Positions 37,072 through 46,893 of a DNA stretch of 64,000 nucleotides are shown here, piece by piece (the first letter of the stretch is position 1; each line of letters opens with the position of its first letter). The position numbers and the translations under genes were made by a program. The notes beneath the pieces are model-generated. The model was given only the letters and a program-made list of their open reading frames with translations. It made no database searches and was not told the origin of the DNA. The stretch is from an uncultured bacterium. GTDB lineage: Bacteria; UBP14; UBA6098; B30-G16. The stretch spans positions 32,001 to 96,000 of the forward strand of contig CBEVQY010000002.1 of assembly GCA_965552135.1 (NCBI GenBank). The letters are read 5' to 3'.

Positions 37072-38685
37072 TCACATCTGCTCGGGGGCGGAGATGCCGC
37101 ATATCTCAAGCCCCCTGCGGATCGTGTTGCCAACCGCCGCCACAAGCGCAAGCCGGGCAGAAGTCAATGCCTCATCGTCGCATACAACCCGGTGCTTGGT
37201 GTAGAAGTTGTGGAAGAGCTTTGCGAAATCGAGCAGGAAGAACGGTATCACATGCGGCTGCATGAGGCGCGCAGTGGCAAGAACAACGGAGGGAAACTTT
37301 GTCATTCGCCTCATAAGTTGCAGCTCTTCGGGCTGGGTGAGGGGCACGAGGTCTACGTTTGAGGGGCAGGATATCCCTCGCTCGCGGGCATAGCGCAAAA
37401 TGCTTTGTATCCGGGCGTGGGCATACTGAATGTAGTAGACCGGGTTCTTCTCGGAGGTGTCCCTTGCGAGGTTCATGTCGAAGTCGAGGTGCGCTTCCAT
37501 CCGCCTTGCCAGGAAGAAGAACCTCGCCGCATCGACGCCGACGTCGTCGATGAGCTCGTCCATCGTCACAAGCTTGCCCGCGCGCTTCGACATCTTGATT
37601 CTCTTGCCGTCCTCGACGAGGTTGACCTGCTGGAGGATGAGCACACAAAGTTTGCCCTCGTGTCCCAGGGCTTTCATGGCGGCTTCAAGGCGTGCCTTAT
37701 GACCGTGGTGGTCCGGACCCAGGATCGTATAGACCCTGCTAAACCCGCGCTCCTCGAACTTGTTCGCGTGATAAGCTATATCCACAAGCCCGTACGCCCA
37801 CTCTCCGTCCGATTTGACGAGGACGAAGTCATCCACCTGCGGCGAGACCTTGGACGCGGCGAACCAAAGCGCCCCGTCCTTCTCGTACGTCAAGCCGGCG
37901 CGACCGAGGCGATCCAAGACCTCCTCAACCTTGCCGCTTCGCCTGAACTCGCGCTCCGAAAACCAACAGTCGAAGTGAACTCTAAAGCGGGAAAGAGTGC
38001 TTTTCTGCTGCTCCACGATCCGTCGCAGAATCCACTCATCCGGAGAAAGCCCGGGGGCGCTTTCGAGGTATTCCCTCGCGTAGTCCAGAAGGTATTCGCC
38101 GTGGTAGCCTCCTTCGGGGATCTCCGCCTCTTCCCCGCGGAGCTGTGCGAGTCTGGCGCGAAAGCTTTCGCCCAGAAGCCTTATTTGATTGCCCGCGTCG
38201 TTGAGGTAGTATTCGGTTTTCACCTTGAATCCTGCTGCTTTGAGGGCGTTTGCGAGGGTTGATCCCGCGGCGGCAGCGCGCGCACTGACGACGTTGAGCG
38301 GACCCGTCGGGTTCGCGCTCACAAACTCCACCTGCACAAGCTCCCCGCGCCCGTAGTCGATGCACCCCCACCGCTGGGGTGCAAAGTTCACCTCGCGGAC
38401 GACATCGCACAAAAAGCGCTCGGAGAGCCAGAAGTTTATGTATCCTCCCACGACCTCCGCCCGCCCAACGCCGGGCGGGAGCTTGTCTGCGACGATCTCC
38501 TCCCCTATAGCCTGGGGGGGCTTTCGGAGCATGCGTGCAAGCTGGAAGGGCACGTTTGTGGTCCAGTCGCCGAAGTCGGGTGATTCCGGCTCTGTGACCT
38601 CGGCATCGACATCGACGCCGTAAAGCGCCTTCGTCCGCTCCGAAAGCCACGAACAAATCCCGTCAACAACGCCCAAGACGTCCAT
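37072..38685 (-). CDS. argS: Arginine--tRNA ligase
   Basis: [59 protein letters not shown]-terminus. Start may be 38685 or 38697. Confidence 0.96.
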   Translation of the reverse strand: MDVLGVVDGICSWLSERTKALYGVDVDAEVTEPESPDFGDWTTNVPFQLARMLRKPPQAIGEEIVADKLPPGVGRAEVVGGYINFWLSERFLCDVVREVNFAPQRWGCIDYGRGELVQVEFVSANPTGPLNVVSARAAAAGSTLANALKAAGFKVKTEYYLNDAGNQIRLLGESFRARLAQLRGEEAEIPEGGYHGEYLLDYAREYLESAPGLSPDEWILRRIVEQQKSTLSRFRVHFDCWFSEREFRRSGKVEEVLDRLGRAGLTYEKDGALWFAASKVSPQVDDFVLVKSDGEWAYGLVDIAYHANKFEERGFSRVYTILGPDHHGHKARLEAAMKALGHEGKLCVLILQQVNLVEDGKRIKMSKRAGKLVTMDELIDDVGVDAARFFFLARRMEAHLDFDMNLARDTSEKNPVYYIQYAHARIQSILRYARERGISCPSNVDLVPLTQPEELQLMRRMTKFPSVVLATARLMQPHVIPFFLLDFAKLFHNFYTKHRVVCDDEALTSARLALVAAVGNTIRRGLEICGISAPEQM

Positions 38686-38714
38686 GGCGAACCCCATACA
38701 GCGCGGAAAGGAAC

Positions 38715-39080
38715 CTAATCCCCCTGCGCACCCTCCTCCTCGCCGATGACCGTCATCGGCGCATCGCCCCAATAGCTTTCGATGTCGTAGTATTCCCTCA
38801 CCTCGGGCAAGAACAGGTGGACGACGACCTCGACAGCATCCACCAAAACCCAACGCATGCCCCGAAGACCTTCGGTGTGATAGCCATCTACCCCGGCGCC
38901 GTCCAAGAACTCGAGGACGGCATCGGTCAACGACCGCAGATGGGGCTGACTGCTTGCCGAGGCTATCACGAAGAAGTCGGCGAAGTCGGTAAGCCCGCGC
39001 AGATCAAGGACCCTAACGTCCTCGCCGTGTTTTTCGTAGATGAGCTGGGCGCAGCGGAAAGCAAGCTCCTCAGACGTCAT
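38715..39080 (-). CDS. rsfS: Ribosome silencing factor RsfS (Iojap)
   Basis: K.GEDV.VLDL...DFFVIAS, EG....WVLVD...VVVHLF..EVREYYDIE.YW. Confidence 0.95.
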   Translation of the reverse strand: MTSEELAFRCAQLIYEKHGEDVRVLDLRGLTDFADFFVIASASSQPHLRSLTDAVLEFLDGAGVDGYHTEGLRGMRWVLVDAVEVVVHLFLPEVREYYDIESYWGDAPMTVIGEEEGAQGD

Positions 39081-39129
39081 CAAGCCTCCAGGGATTTGTT
39101 CTAACCTCTCGCTCCTCACAGAGCACAAC

Positions 39130-39615
39130 CTACGACCCCCCGAGGATCTTGGCGAGAGCAGCCCTGTAGTCGCGACCTATAACGACCGTTGCGTCGTAGA
39201 TGTCGTTGTTTCGCTGCAGGACGAGGCGCTCTCGGGGCAAGCCCAAGATGGCGAGAAGTGAATCGGCTTTAAGCTCATCCCCCCGGCGGTCAAGGAGGAG
39301 AGTGTACGGATACACCCTGCCCGCCAGCTTCACAACGCTTCTTACATCGACGCCGCGCCGCCTGAGGGAATCGGCGACAAGCGAAGCCACGTAAGGCTCA
39401 CCCGAACCGTTGAAAACCTGAACGACAAACGACTCCCCCGGCACCGGAACCCTCTCCCCCCTGCGTACACCAGACGATGGCTCCACCAAAGCACTTATAA
39501 CCCCAACCGCGACAAAAAGTCCGCAGACAACGATCACAGCCCAGTCGAAAAAAGCCCAGCCTTTGCCTGTGGGCGATTTAACAGCTCTTTTGCGGGGTAA
39601 CCTGCGTCTTGTCAT
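39130..39615 (-). CDS. LytR C-terminal domain membrane protein
   Basis: N-terminal TM helix; VQVFNGSG...A..VA..L...G and DATVVIGRDY motifs; upstream of rsfS. Confidence 0.85.
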   Translation of the reverse strand: MTRRRLPRKRAVKSPTGKGWAFFDWAVIVVCGLFVAVGVISALVEPSSGVRRGERVPVPGESFVVQVFNGSGEPYVASLVADSLRRRGVDVRSVVKLAGRVYPYTLLLDRRGDELKADSLLAILGLPRERLVLQRNNDIYDATVVIGRDYRAALAKILGGS

Positions 39616-39737
39616 ATAGCGATTTTCGGGAAAGTGGCAAGAACCCTGCGCTCAAGAAAATGTTTGCGAGTTGCTGTATTTATTTTTGTGAGGGTAAACC
39701 CATCTGTCAACAGAAAAATTGCGCCGCCGCGCAGACG

Positions 39738-39766
39738 TTGCCAAAAGCCCTCCGCAAAGCTACATT
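39738..39766 (+). promoter_or_regulatory. Putative sigma70 promoter of the adenylate cyclase
   Basis: TTGCCA, 17 bp spacer, TACATT; 7 nt before ATG 39774. Confidence 0.55.
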
Positions 39767-39773
39767 TCTTCTG

Positions 39774-42521
39774 ATGAGCGAAAAATACATAAGGGTTCTC
39801 CGAAGCCTTCTTCCGGAGGCGATGCTGCGGCGTCTCGAGCTTGATCCCGAAAGGCTCGACAGGCTTGCCGAGCGCAGGTGGGTCACCGTCCTTTTCGCCG
39901 ATATATCGGGTTTTACGCCCCTTTGCGAGCGCCTTGATCCTGAGGAGGTGATGGAGCTTGTGAACCTTCTTTTCGAAAGGCTTTCGCGCTGCGTTCGTCG
40001 GCACGGCGGCACGGTGGACAAGTTTCTGGGCGATGCGCTTATGGCGGTGTTTGGTGCGCCAGTCTCCCACAGCGACGACCCACACAGAGCGGTTCGCGCG
40101 GCGCTGGAGATGCTTGCGGCAACGGAGGAATTCAACCGCAGCGCAAAGGCGCGAAGGGCGGGGGCAAAGCTTTCGATCTCGATTGGGATAAACACGGGCT
40201 TTGTCGTTTCGGGCTTTGTGGGCGACGACACCCACAGGGAGTACACCGTTTTCGGCGACGGCGTGAACACCGCCGCGCGGCTCGAACAGAGCGCCCCAGC
40301 CGGCGAAATCCTCGTCGGGAGCGAAACATACGAGGCGACGAAGCGAAGCTTTAGGTTCGAGCGCGTTGGGTCGCTTGCGCTGCGCGGGAAGACGCGTCCT
40401 GAGGAGGTTTGGCGCGTCGTCGGCGCCGAACCACCCATAACACTCGACGAAGACGAAAAAATCATAATCCACGACGAACAAACCGCGGCTTTCATCACCG
40501 AAAACCTCGGGCGCGGCGACCACTTCGCCGTGAAAACCGACCCCACAGCCGCCGACTACTGGCGCAGGTGGCTTTTGGCGAACTTCGGCGGTGAAGTCGT
40601 TGTGGCGGAGCCCGTTCCGGGGCGCGGTTTTGGCGTCGTCGAGGCGATCGTCGGCAGCCTGCCAGGCGGCAAGCTCGAGCGCGAAGAGTTCATTGCCCAG
40701 GCTGCAAAAGCGCTCGAAGAAGCCCTTGGCAACCGGTGCCTCGTCGTCTTCAGATCAGAGCGCTGCGACGACGGTAGCGCCGCGGTGCTGCAAAAGCTTG
40801 AGGGCAAAGCGGTTCTGTGGCTCGGCGAGGATGCCCCAAGCTTTGTTGCGCGAACACACACGCAGCGCAAACTGTCGAAAGTCGGCGTCGCCCGAGCAGC
40901 AAAGGCGTTCTTCGGTGCAAAAAGGATCTCAAGGAAAGCCGCGCAAACGCTCTGGTCGACAACGCACGGCGAGCGGGGGCACCTTTTGCACCTCCTGCGC
41001 TACCTCCGAAGGCGCAATGCTGTGTTCGAGAAGCGTGGGGTGCTCACCATATCGGGCGATGCGGCGATTCCCGGAAACACCTCCGCCTACGCAATGGAGT
41101 ACCTCGACTCGCTCCCGCCGCGGCTGCGGGAGGATGTCGTCAAGGCTTCGGTTCTGGGCGAGCGGTTTCCGGCGGATGTCCTTCGGGAGCTTTTGGGGCG
41201 CGTTCCGCAGGAGGTGTTTGAGGTTGAGGGTTCGTGGGCACGCTTTCGCTTTTGGCTTTTGCAGCGCGTAGCCTACGAGAGCTTGACCTCGCCCGTGCGC
41301 CGAAGGCTACACTCGCTTGCAGCCCGCGCATACAAACGCGCCGCAGTTGCGAAAGAACTCGCAGTACCACCCCAGATCCTCGGCAAATACGGCGTCCGCA
41401 GGGCTAAGAAGGAGCTTGCCGAAAGCCGCCTCGAGGAATTCGCGCCCGAACTCGCCCTCCACTGCGAGCTTGCGGGAAGGTGGCGCGAAGCCTTCAGGTA
41501 CCTGGTTGCGGCTGGCGAGCAGCAGCGCAGAAGATGGTCCTACCACGAGGCGCTCGGATACTTTGAGCGCGCAAGCCGCATAGGGATGAGGATGGTCAAG
41601 CGCTGGCGGAACCACAGCCAGCTTGCCGACATCCTCTTTACGGCGGGCGAGCTCGCCTTCGTTCTGGGGAGATACAACGACGCGCTGCGCTTCAACAGAG
41701 CCGCGGCGCGGCTCGGAAAAGAAGCCGAAAAACCCGAGATACTCTTCGGCGCGCTTGTGCGAATGGCGGTGATCTTCAACGAGACGGGAAAGTTCGTCGC
41801 CGCAGACGCGCTTTACTCCGCCGCGCTGCGCATCCTCGAAACCCTCCCCACCTCGCGGGAGCGGGAACGGAGACGCGCTCAGGTGCTACTCAACCTCGGA
41901 ACGCTCCGCGCTCAGCTCGGTGAGCTCGACAGGGCGAAAGGGCTTTTGAAGAAAGCGCTTTCGCTGGCGCGATCCACAGATGATGCTCAGATGACCTCCC
42001 AGGCGCTCACGAACCTTGGGTGGATATTTGAGCGCACAGGCAGGCTGCGGCGCGCCGAAAGGCTCTACCTCCTGGCTCTACGCATCGACACAGACCGCGG
42101 CGACATCATCGGACAAGCCCAAACGCTGGTGAACCTCGCCAACACAAAGCGCGCTTTGGGCGAGCTTGACGCCGCAGTAAAGATGCTGCGCAAGGCTATG
42201 CGGCTCTTCGAGAAGGTGGGGGATTTCGCAGGCATCGCCGTTGCCGCAAACAACCTCGGAGAGTTTTTGCGCGAGCTCGGCGAGGCAGAACGCGCCCTAA
42301 AACTCCACATCCGCGCAAGAAGGATGGCGAAGCGCATAGGCGATCCCTTCCTCCAGGCAGATTGCGCCAAAAACCTCGCCAGCGACTACGCTGCGCTCGG
42401 AGAAAACGCAAAGGCGCTGAGGGAGTTCTCCAAGGCGCAAAAGCTCTTTCGAAAGCTCGGGGAGGAGGACGAGGCAGATGAGATAGCCAAGCGCATCTCG
42501 GAGCTTGCGGCGCAGGGTTAG
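39774..42521 (+). CDS. Class III adenylate/guanylate cyclase with degenerate central domain and C-terminal TPRs
   Basis: VLFADISGFT, DKFLGDAL, IGINTG, YTVFGDGVNTAARLE; MalT-like TPRs (LLNLGTL, LTNLGWI, ANNLGE). The ORF track starts at 39609, but 39774 fits the promoter. Confidence 0.9.
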   Translation: MSEKYIRVLRSLLPEAMLRRLELDPERLDRLAERRWVTVLFADISGFTPLCERLDPEEVMELVNLLFERLSRCVRRHGGTVDKFLGDALMAVFGAPVSHSDDPHRAVRAALEMLAATEEFNRSAKARRAGAKLSISIGINTGFVVSGFVGDDTHREYTVFGDGVNTAARLEQSAPAGEILVGSETYEATKRSFRFERVGSLALRGKTRPEEVWRVVGAEPPITLDEDEKIIIHDEQTAAFITENLGRGDHFAVKTDPTAADYWRRWLLANFGGEVVVAEPVPGRGFGVVEAIVGSLPGGKLEREEFIAQAAKALEEALGNRCLVVFRSERCDDGSAAVLQKLEGKAVLWLGEDAPSFVARTHTQRKLSKVGVARAAKAFFGAKRISRKAAQTLWSTTHGERGHLLHLLRYLRRRNAVFEKRGVLTISGDAAIPGNTSAYAMEYLDSLPPRLREDVVKASVLGERFPADVLRELLGRVPQEVFEVEGSWARFRFWLLQRVAYESLTSPVRRRLHSLAARAYKRAAVAKELAVPPQILGKYGVRRAKKELAESRLEEFAPELALHCELAGRWREAFRYLVAAGEQQRRRWSYHEALGYFERASRIGMRMVKRWRNHSQLADILFTAGELAFVLGRYNDALRFNRAAARLGKEAEKPEILFGALVRMAVIFNETGKFVAADALYSAALRILETLPTSRERERRRAQVLLNLGTLRAQLGELDRAKGLLKKALSLARSTDDAQMTSQALTNLGWIFERTGRLRRAERLYLLALRIDTDRGDIIGQAQTLVNLANTKRALGELDAAVKMLRKAMRLFEKVGDFAGIAVAANNLGEFLRELGEAERALKLHIRARRMAKRIGDPFLQADCAKNLASDYAALGENAKALREFSKAQKLFRKLGEEDEADEIAKRISELAAQG

Positions 42522-43444
42522 CCCCGTCCCTTCTCCCGCGGATGGGCTTTGCGGTAAACCCTCTTGAGGCGCTCCACGGTCGTGTGGGTGTAGACCTGGG
42601 TCGTTCCGATGCTTGCGTGCCCCAAAAGCTCTTTGACCGACATAAGATCTGCGCCCATCTCAAGCAGATGAGTGGCGAACGTGTGCCGCAGCGAGTGCGG
42701 ACCACGACAGCTCTCGCTAACCGACGAAAGATAGCGCCTCACTATCCGGTAAACGTCGGCGCGGCTGAGCCTGAGGCCGCTTTTCGAAAGGAAGAGGGCG
42801 GGGGTATCCCTCCCCCTAGCGAGAACGGGTCGCGCGGACGAGATGTAAAGCTCCAAAGCCTCCTTCGCCGCCTCACCGAAGGGAACGATGCGCTCCTTGC
42901 CACCCTTGCCCATAACCCGGACCTGCATCCCGCCGAAGTCGACGTCGGGGAGGTCGAGCGCCACAAGCTCGCTGCACCTTATGCCCGTGGCGTACAGGAG
43001 CTCGAGTATAGCCGCGTCGCGCTTGCCGAGGATCGTCTCGGTGTTGGGCAACATAAGCGCCTCGTTTATCTGAGCGAAATCCAAAAAAGAAGGAGGTTTT
43101 CGCGGAAGGCGCTGAAGCCTGACGTGACGCGCGTAGTTGACGTCGACAACGCCGCGGCTGTAGAGGAACCTGAAGAACGCGCGAACCGCGGCAACCTTGC
43201 TGTGTATCGACGAAACTTTGTACCCCGCTCGCACAAGCCCCGCCACAAAGCCGCGGATGACTATTATGTCGATGGCGTTGGGGTCGGAAAGCCCCTTCGG
43301 AAACTCCTCGCGGAGGAAATCCACGAACTGACGGAGGCTCGTCTCGTAGGTTGCAACCGTCAGCCGCGAAAGGGCGCGCTCACGGCTTATATGCAGCAGA
43401 AACTCCGATATGTAGCTCTCCAGATCCAAAGATGCCCCCCTCAC
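42518..43444 (-). CDS. xerC: Tyrosine recombinase XerC
   Basis: RDAAILELLYATGIR, GKGGKERIVP, PHSLRHTFATHLL, LGHASIGTTQVYTH, Y.KAHPR. Confidence 0.9.
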   Translation of the reverse strand: MRGASLDLESYISEFLLHISRERALSRLTVATYETSLRQFVDFLREEFPKGLSDPNAIDIIVIRGFVAGLVRAGYKVSSIHSKVAAVRAFFRFLYSRGVVDVNYARHVRLQRLPRKPPSFLDFAQINEALMLPNTETILGKRDAAILELLYATGIRCSELVALDLPDVDFGGMQVRVMGKGGKERIVPFGEAAKEALELYISSARPVLARGRDTPALFLSKSGLRLSRADVYRIVRRYLSSVSESCRGPHSLRHTFATHLLEMGADLMSVKELLGHASIGTTQVYTHTTVERLKRVYRKAHPREKGRG

Positions 43445-44799
43445 AAAAGGTGCCGAGCCAGCGCAAGCAGCTTCGGCTGCGAAAGAACGATATCCAAAAC
43501 GAGCTTGGGTATATCAAGCGAATCCCAGCGCCTGCCCGAAAGCTTTTTGTCCAAAAGCTCTGCCAGCGACTCGAAGTCTTCATCCGTGAGGTTGATCACG
43601 CCTTTCCGCAGTTTGGCGTAGAGCTCAAGCTGCCTTCCAAGGCTTTTGTGCCAGCGCCTTTCGTACTCCGCAACGACCCTGTGCGGCTCCCCAAACACAT
43701 CCGCGATGGTTTGTGCTGCAAGCTTTCCCGAGAACAGCGCGGAATCTATTCCCGCGCCGCTTATGGCGTTTACGAGTCGTGCCGCATCTCCCGCGAGGAT
43801 GACGTTTGCGCGTCCCATAGGTTTCACCCGGGGCGCCGCAGGGAGGACGCCGTCGCGACGCTCGAGGATGGCATACCGCCCAAAGCGCCTCTCAAGGAAT
43901 CGGCTGAGGAACCAGTCCGCCGTCCTGCCGCCGCACTTCGACGGCACAACGCCAACGCCAACGTTGGCAACGCCCGAACCCTTCGGGAAGACCCAGGCAT
44001 ACCCGCCCGGAGCGACATCGTTGCCCCAGTACATCTCGGGAAAGTGTTCGTCGAGCTCATCCGTTGCCACAAGGACCTGCGCGCACACGTTGAACTGCTC
44101 GGCGCCCAGGCGCGCACCCGGATCGACCCACCGCAGCGCCACGCTCCCAACGCCGTCGGCGCCAACCACAAACCTCCCCCTGAACGACACAACGCCCCCG
44201 CCGTGCCTTGCCAGGACCTCGCGGGCGCACCCATCGCCCACAAGCGAAAAAGCCGTAAAGCCCACAAACACCCGGGCGCCATACGCGGCAGCCTCGGAGA
44301 CGATATCGCGCTCCATTGCAGGTCTTTCGAGGATGAAGCCAGCCTTGGGGTGGTCGATTCGGACCTGTCGTCCGCGCGGCGAGACCAAGACCGCGCCCTC
44401 AACGGTGGTGCTTATCCAGCCGCTGCGCGGCTCGAACGTGCGGAGAATGCCCTCGGTGCTTATCCCCTCGGCGCAGGACACGGGGAACCCGACGGTGTTT
44501 TTCCGCTCCAGGAGCGCCACCGACATTCCAGCCTTTGCGGCGAAGAGCGCTGCGGTTGCGCCGGCAGGACCCGCGCCGATGACGACGACGTCGTACTCGC
44601 CGCCGTCGGCGCGGGGAACGCCCGAGGACTCAACCCGCGGCGAAATCGCCCCCAGCGGACAAACGGCGCCGCAGATGCCGCAGTCGTCGCAGGCGTCGGT
44701 TATCGTCACGCCCGACGCGCCAACAACTATCGCGCCCCGCGGACAAAAACACACGCAGCCAAGACAACCAACGCACCTGTCCCTGTCGACGACGAACAT
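43441..44799 (-). CDS. Geranylgeranyl reductase family flavoprotein with N-terminal 2x[4Fe-4S] ferredoxin
   Basis: CVGCLGCVCFCP and CDDCGICGAVCP; VIGAGPAG, PVSCAEG, GADG, GYAWVFPKG, AGDAA...SGAGI. Confidence 0.9.
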   Translation of the reverse strand: MFVVDRDRCVGCLGCVCFCPRGAIVVGASGVTITDACDDCGICGAVCPLGAISPRVESSGVPRADGGEYDVVVIGAGPAGATAALFAAKAGMSVALLERKNTVGFPVSCAEGISTEGILRTFEPRSGWISTTVEGAVLVSPRGRQVRIDHPKAGFILERPAMERDIVSEAAAYGARVFVGFTAFSLVGDGCAREVLARHGGGVVSFRGRFVVGADGVGSVALRWVDPGARLGAEQFNVCAQVLVATDELDEHFPEMYWGNDVAPGGYAWVFPKGSGVANVGVGVVPSKCGGRTADWFLSRFLERRFGRYAILERRDGVLPAAPRVKPMGRANVILAGDAARLVNAISGAGIDSALFSGKLAAQTIADVFGEPHRVVAEYERRWHKSLGRQLELYAKLRKGVINLTDEDFESLAELLDKKLSGRRWDSLDIPKLVLDIVLSQPKLLALARHLL

Positions 44800-44802
44800 C
44801 GC

Positions 44803-45069
44803 TTAGCGCAAAGCTTTGATTACGTGCAAAACGCCGATTCCGACGAAGAGCGCGCCCGCGATGAGGTTCATAACCCTTGGCGGCACGTATTTCCCAAGCA
44901 GGCTCCCTGCAGCGCAGCCCAAGGCGGTGATGACGACAAGCGCAGCCGAGGCTCCCAAGAAGGTGAGCCAGGGCTTCCCCGACGATGCGAAGCCGATGAC
45001 AGCAAGCTGGGTTTTGTCGCCAAGCTCCGCCAGGAAGACAGCGGCGAAAACCTTCAAAAGCTCGCCCAT
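44803..45069 (-). CDS. TMEM165/GDT1 (UPF0016) family single-repeat cation transporter
   Basis: FLAELGDKTQLA signature; three TM helices. Confidence 0.92.
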   Translation of the reverse strand: MGELLKVFAAVFLAELGDKTQLAVIGFASSGKPWLTFLGASAALVVITALGCAAGSLLGKYVPPRVMNLIAGALFVGIGVLHVIKALR

Positions 45070-45071
45070 CG

Positions 45072-45725
45072 CTACCCCCTCTTCCTTCGGTACATATCTT
45101 CGTCGGCGCGGGCTATTAAGCTTTCGGGCGTGTCTCCCGCCCTGGCGACGGCAACGCCGGCGCTGAACGAAACCGAAGAGTACCGCCGGAACTTCTCGCG
45201 AACAACACGCAAAAACTCCTCGGCGCCCTCCGCGGTACGGAAAAGCACGACGACGAACTCATCGCCGCCGTAGCGCGCAATAAACTCCTCGCCCGTAAGA
45301 TAGGACTTCACCGCAAGGACCAAAAGCCTGAGAACCTCATCCCCCGCAGCGTGACCGCGGGCATCGTTGTAGCGCTTGAAGCCATCGATATCTATGAAGA
45401 TCACCGACACCACATCACGCAAAGCCAAAACCCTCTCAAGCTCGTCGAAGAGGAAGAGTCTGTTGTAGGCTCCCGTAAGCGGATCGGTTATAGTAAGCTG
45501 GTGGAGCCGCCGCATGACGCTCTTTTGACCCTCCCAAAGGTATAAACCAAAGCCGACCAAAAGCACGAACGGCAAGATGAACCTTATTACGTGCCACGGC
45601 GTCTTAAAGGAGAGCGACATTGCGTCGTCCAAAAAGAGCAGGGCTATTGTGACTATGCACGCCCACACGATGAAGAATCCGAACGGCGCCGCACCAGGCG
45701 CCTTTTTCAACGCCCTGCCCATCAC
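45072..45725 (-). CDS. Membrane-anchored diguanylate cyclase (GGDEF)
   Basis: Two TM helices; DPLTGAYNR, DIDGFKRYND..GH..GD, RYGGDEF; no RxxD I-site. Confidence 0.92.
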   Translation of the reverse strand: MMGRALKKAPGAAPFGFFIVWACIVTIALLFLDDAMSLSFKTPWHVIRFILPFVLLVGFGLYLWEGQKSVMRRLHQLTITDPLTGAYNRLFLFDELERVLALRDVVSVIFIDIDGFKRYNDARGHAAGDEVLRLLVLAVKSYLTGEEFIARYGGDEFVVVLFRTAEGAEEFLRVVREKFRRYSSVSFSAGVAVARAGDTPESLIARADEDMYRRKRG

Positions 45726-46816
45726 CTGCTTACGGGGATGATTATATCGGAAAGCTTTTTGGGCAGCTGCTCGGTGAGGAGCTGAAAGCCCTTTTCGGTC
45801 ACAACTGCGTCGTCTTCGATGCGCACCCCGCCCCAGCCCGGGATGTATATCCCAGGCTCAACGGTCACCACCGCGTCGGGAGGGATCGGCTCCTCGTTTT
45901 TGGGGCTAAGGCGCGGCTCATCGTGCACCAAAAGCCCAAGACCGTGACCAAGGCTGTGACCGAAGTAGTCCCCGTACCCGGCATCCCTTATCACCGAGCG
46001 CGCAAGCTCATCGATCGCCTTGCCGGTCATCCCGGCTTTCCCGCCCCGTATTGCCGCCTCTTGCGCCGAAAGGACCACCTCGTATATGCGCTTGAACTTT
46101 TCGTCGGGCTCGCCGAGGAAGAAGGTTCTCGTTATGTCGGCGGCGTAGCCGTCGTAGGTGGCGCCGAAGTCAACCACGACCATCTCGCCCGCCTCGATCG
46201 CCTTGTCGGATGCGATTCCGTGCGGCAGAGCGGCGCGCCAGCCAGAGGCAACTATCGTCTCAAACGGCGCCTTTTCGCTCCCCTTGCGCCTCAGGCGATA
46301 CTCAAGCTCCGCCGCAAACTCCTTCTCGGTTATCCCGGGGCGCAGAAGGGGCAGGGTCTCCGCCAAAGCCTCCATCGCCACCCGCGCCGCTGATCTTATC
46401 TTCTCGATCTCCGAGGGTTCCTTGCGGGCGCGCAGCGCAGCAACAGGCGAACGAAGAGGTATAAAGTTCACCGACGAAAACCGCGCCGAAAGCCTGCGGT
46501 AAAGGCTGTAGCTGACCTTCTCCCCGTCGAAGCCAACGTACCTCTTCCCCGCAAAGACGCCAAGCTCATCGAGGATGTCGATGTAGCCCTTGTCGTGCGT
46601 CGTTATGTGGATCTCGGCTTTGTCTCCCACCTCCTTTTCGGCCTGCGTTTCGTACCTGAAGTCGGTCATGAAGACCGTCCGCTCGGGCGACACCCAAAGC
46701 ATAGCCGCTGATCCCGTGAAGCCGGCAAGATACCGTATGTCGACGCCCCAGGTCACGAGGAATCCGTCGAGGCGCTCGACGGTCAAAAGCTCGACGAAGC
46801 GGTCAAGCCTGCTCAT
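45722..46816 (-). CDS. Xaa-Pro aminopeptidase (M24 family)
   Basis: YLAGFTGS, TDFRY, ALPHG, DFG, DITRT, HSLGHGLG..VHD, VEPGIY..G.GGVRIED. Confidence 0.95.
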   Translation of the reverse strand: MSRLDRFVELLTVERLDGFLVTWGVDIRYLAGFTGSAAMLWVSPERTVFMTDFRYETQAEKEVGDKAEIHITTHDKGYIDILDELGVFAGKRYVGFDGEKVSYSLYRRLSARFSSVNFIPLRSPVAALRARKEPSEIEKIRSAARVAMEALAETLPLLRPGITEKEFAAELEYRLRRKGSEKAPFETIVASGWRAALPHGIASDKAIEAGEMVVVDFGATYDGYAADITRTFFLGEPDEKFKRIYEVVLSAQEAAIRGGKAGMTGKAIDELARSVIRDAGYGDYFGHSLGHGLGLLVHDEPRLSPKNEEPIPPDAVVTVEPGIYIPGWGGVRIEDDAVVTEKGFQLLTEQLPKKLSDIIIPVSR

Positions 46817-46893
46817 ACCAGACCTCCGTTTTCGCGCGTTGGGGAAAAGATAGGCAAACGCCCATCGCGCTCAAAGCGAAAGTTTTTTCGAGC

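Noticed and set aside
42518..43444. Tyrosine recombinase as a prophage or island integrase
   Set aside because: It has typical XerC length and motifs, sits in a housekeeping run with overlapping genes, and has no att-like repeats or mobile cargo nearby.
43351..45273. 640-aa plus-strand ORF
   Set aside because: It is the antisense shadow of the GGR, GDT1 and GGDEF genes and has no recognisable motifs; long shadow ORFs are expected at this GC content.
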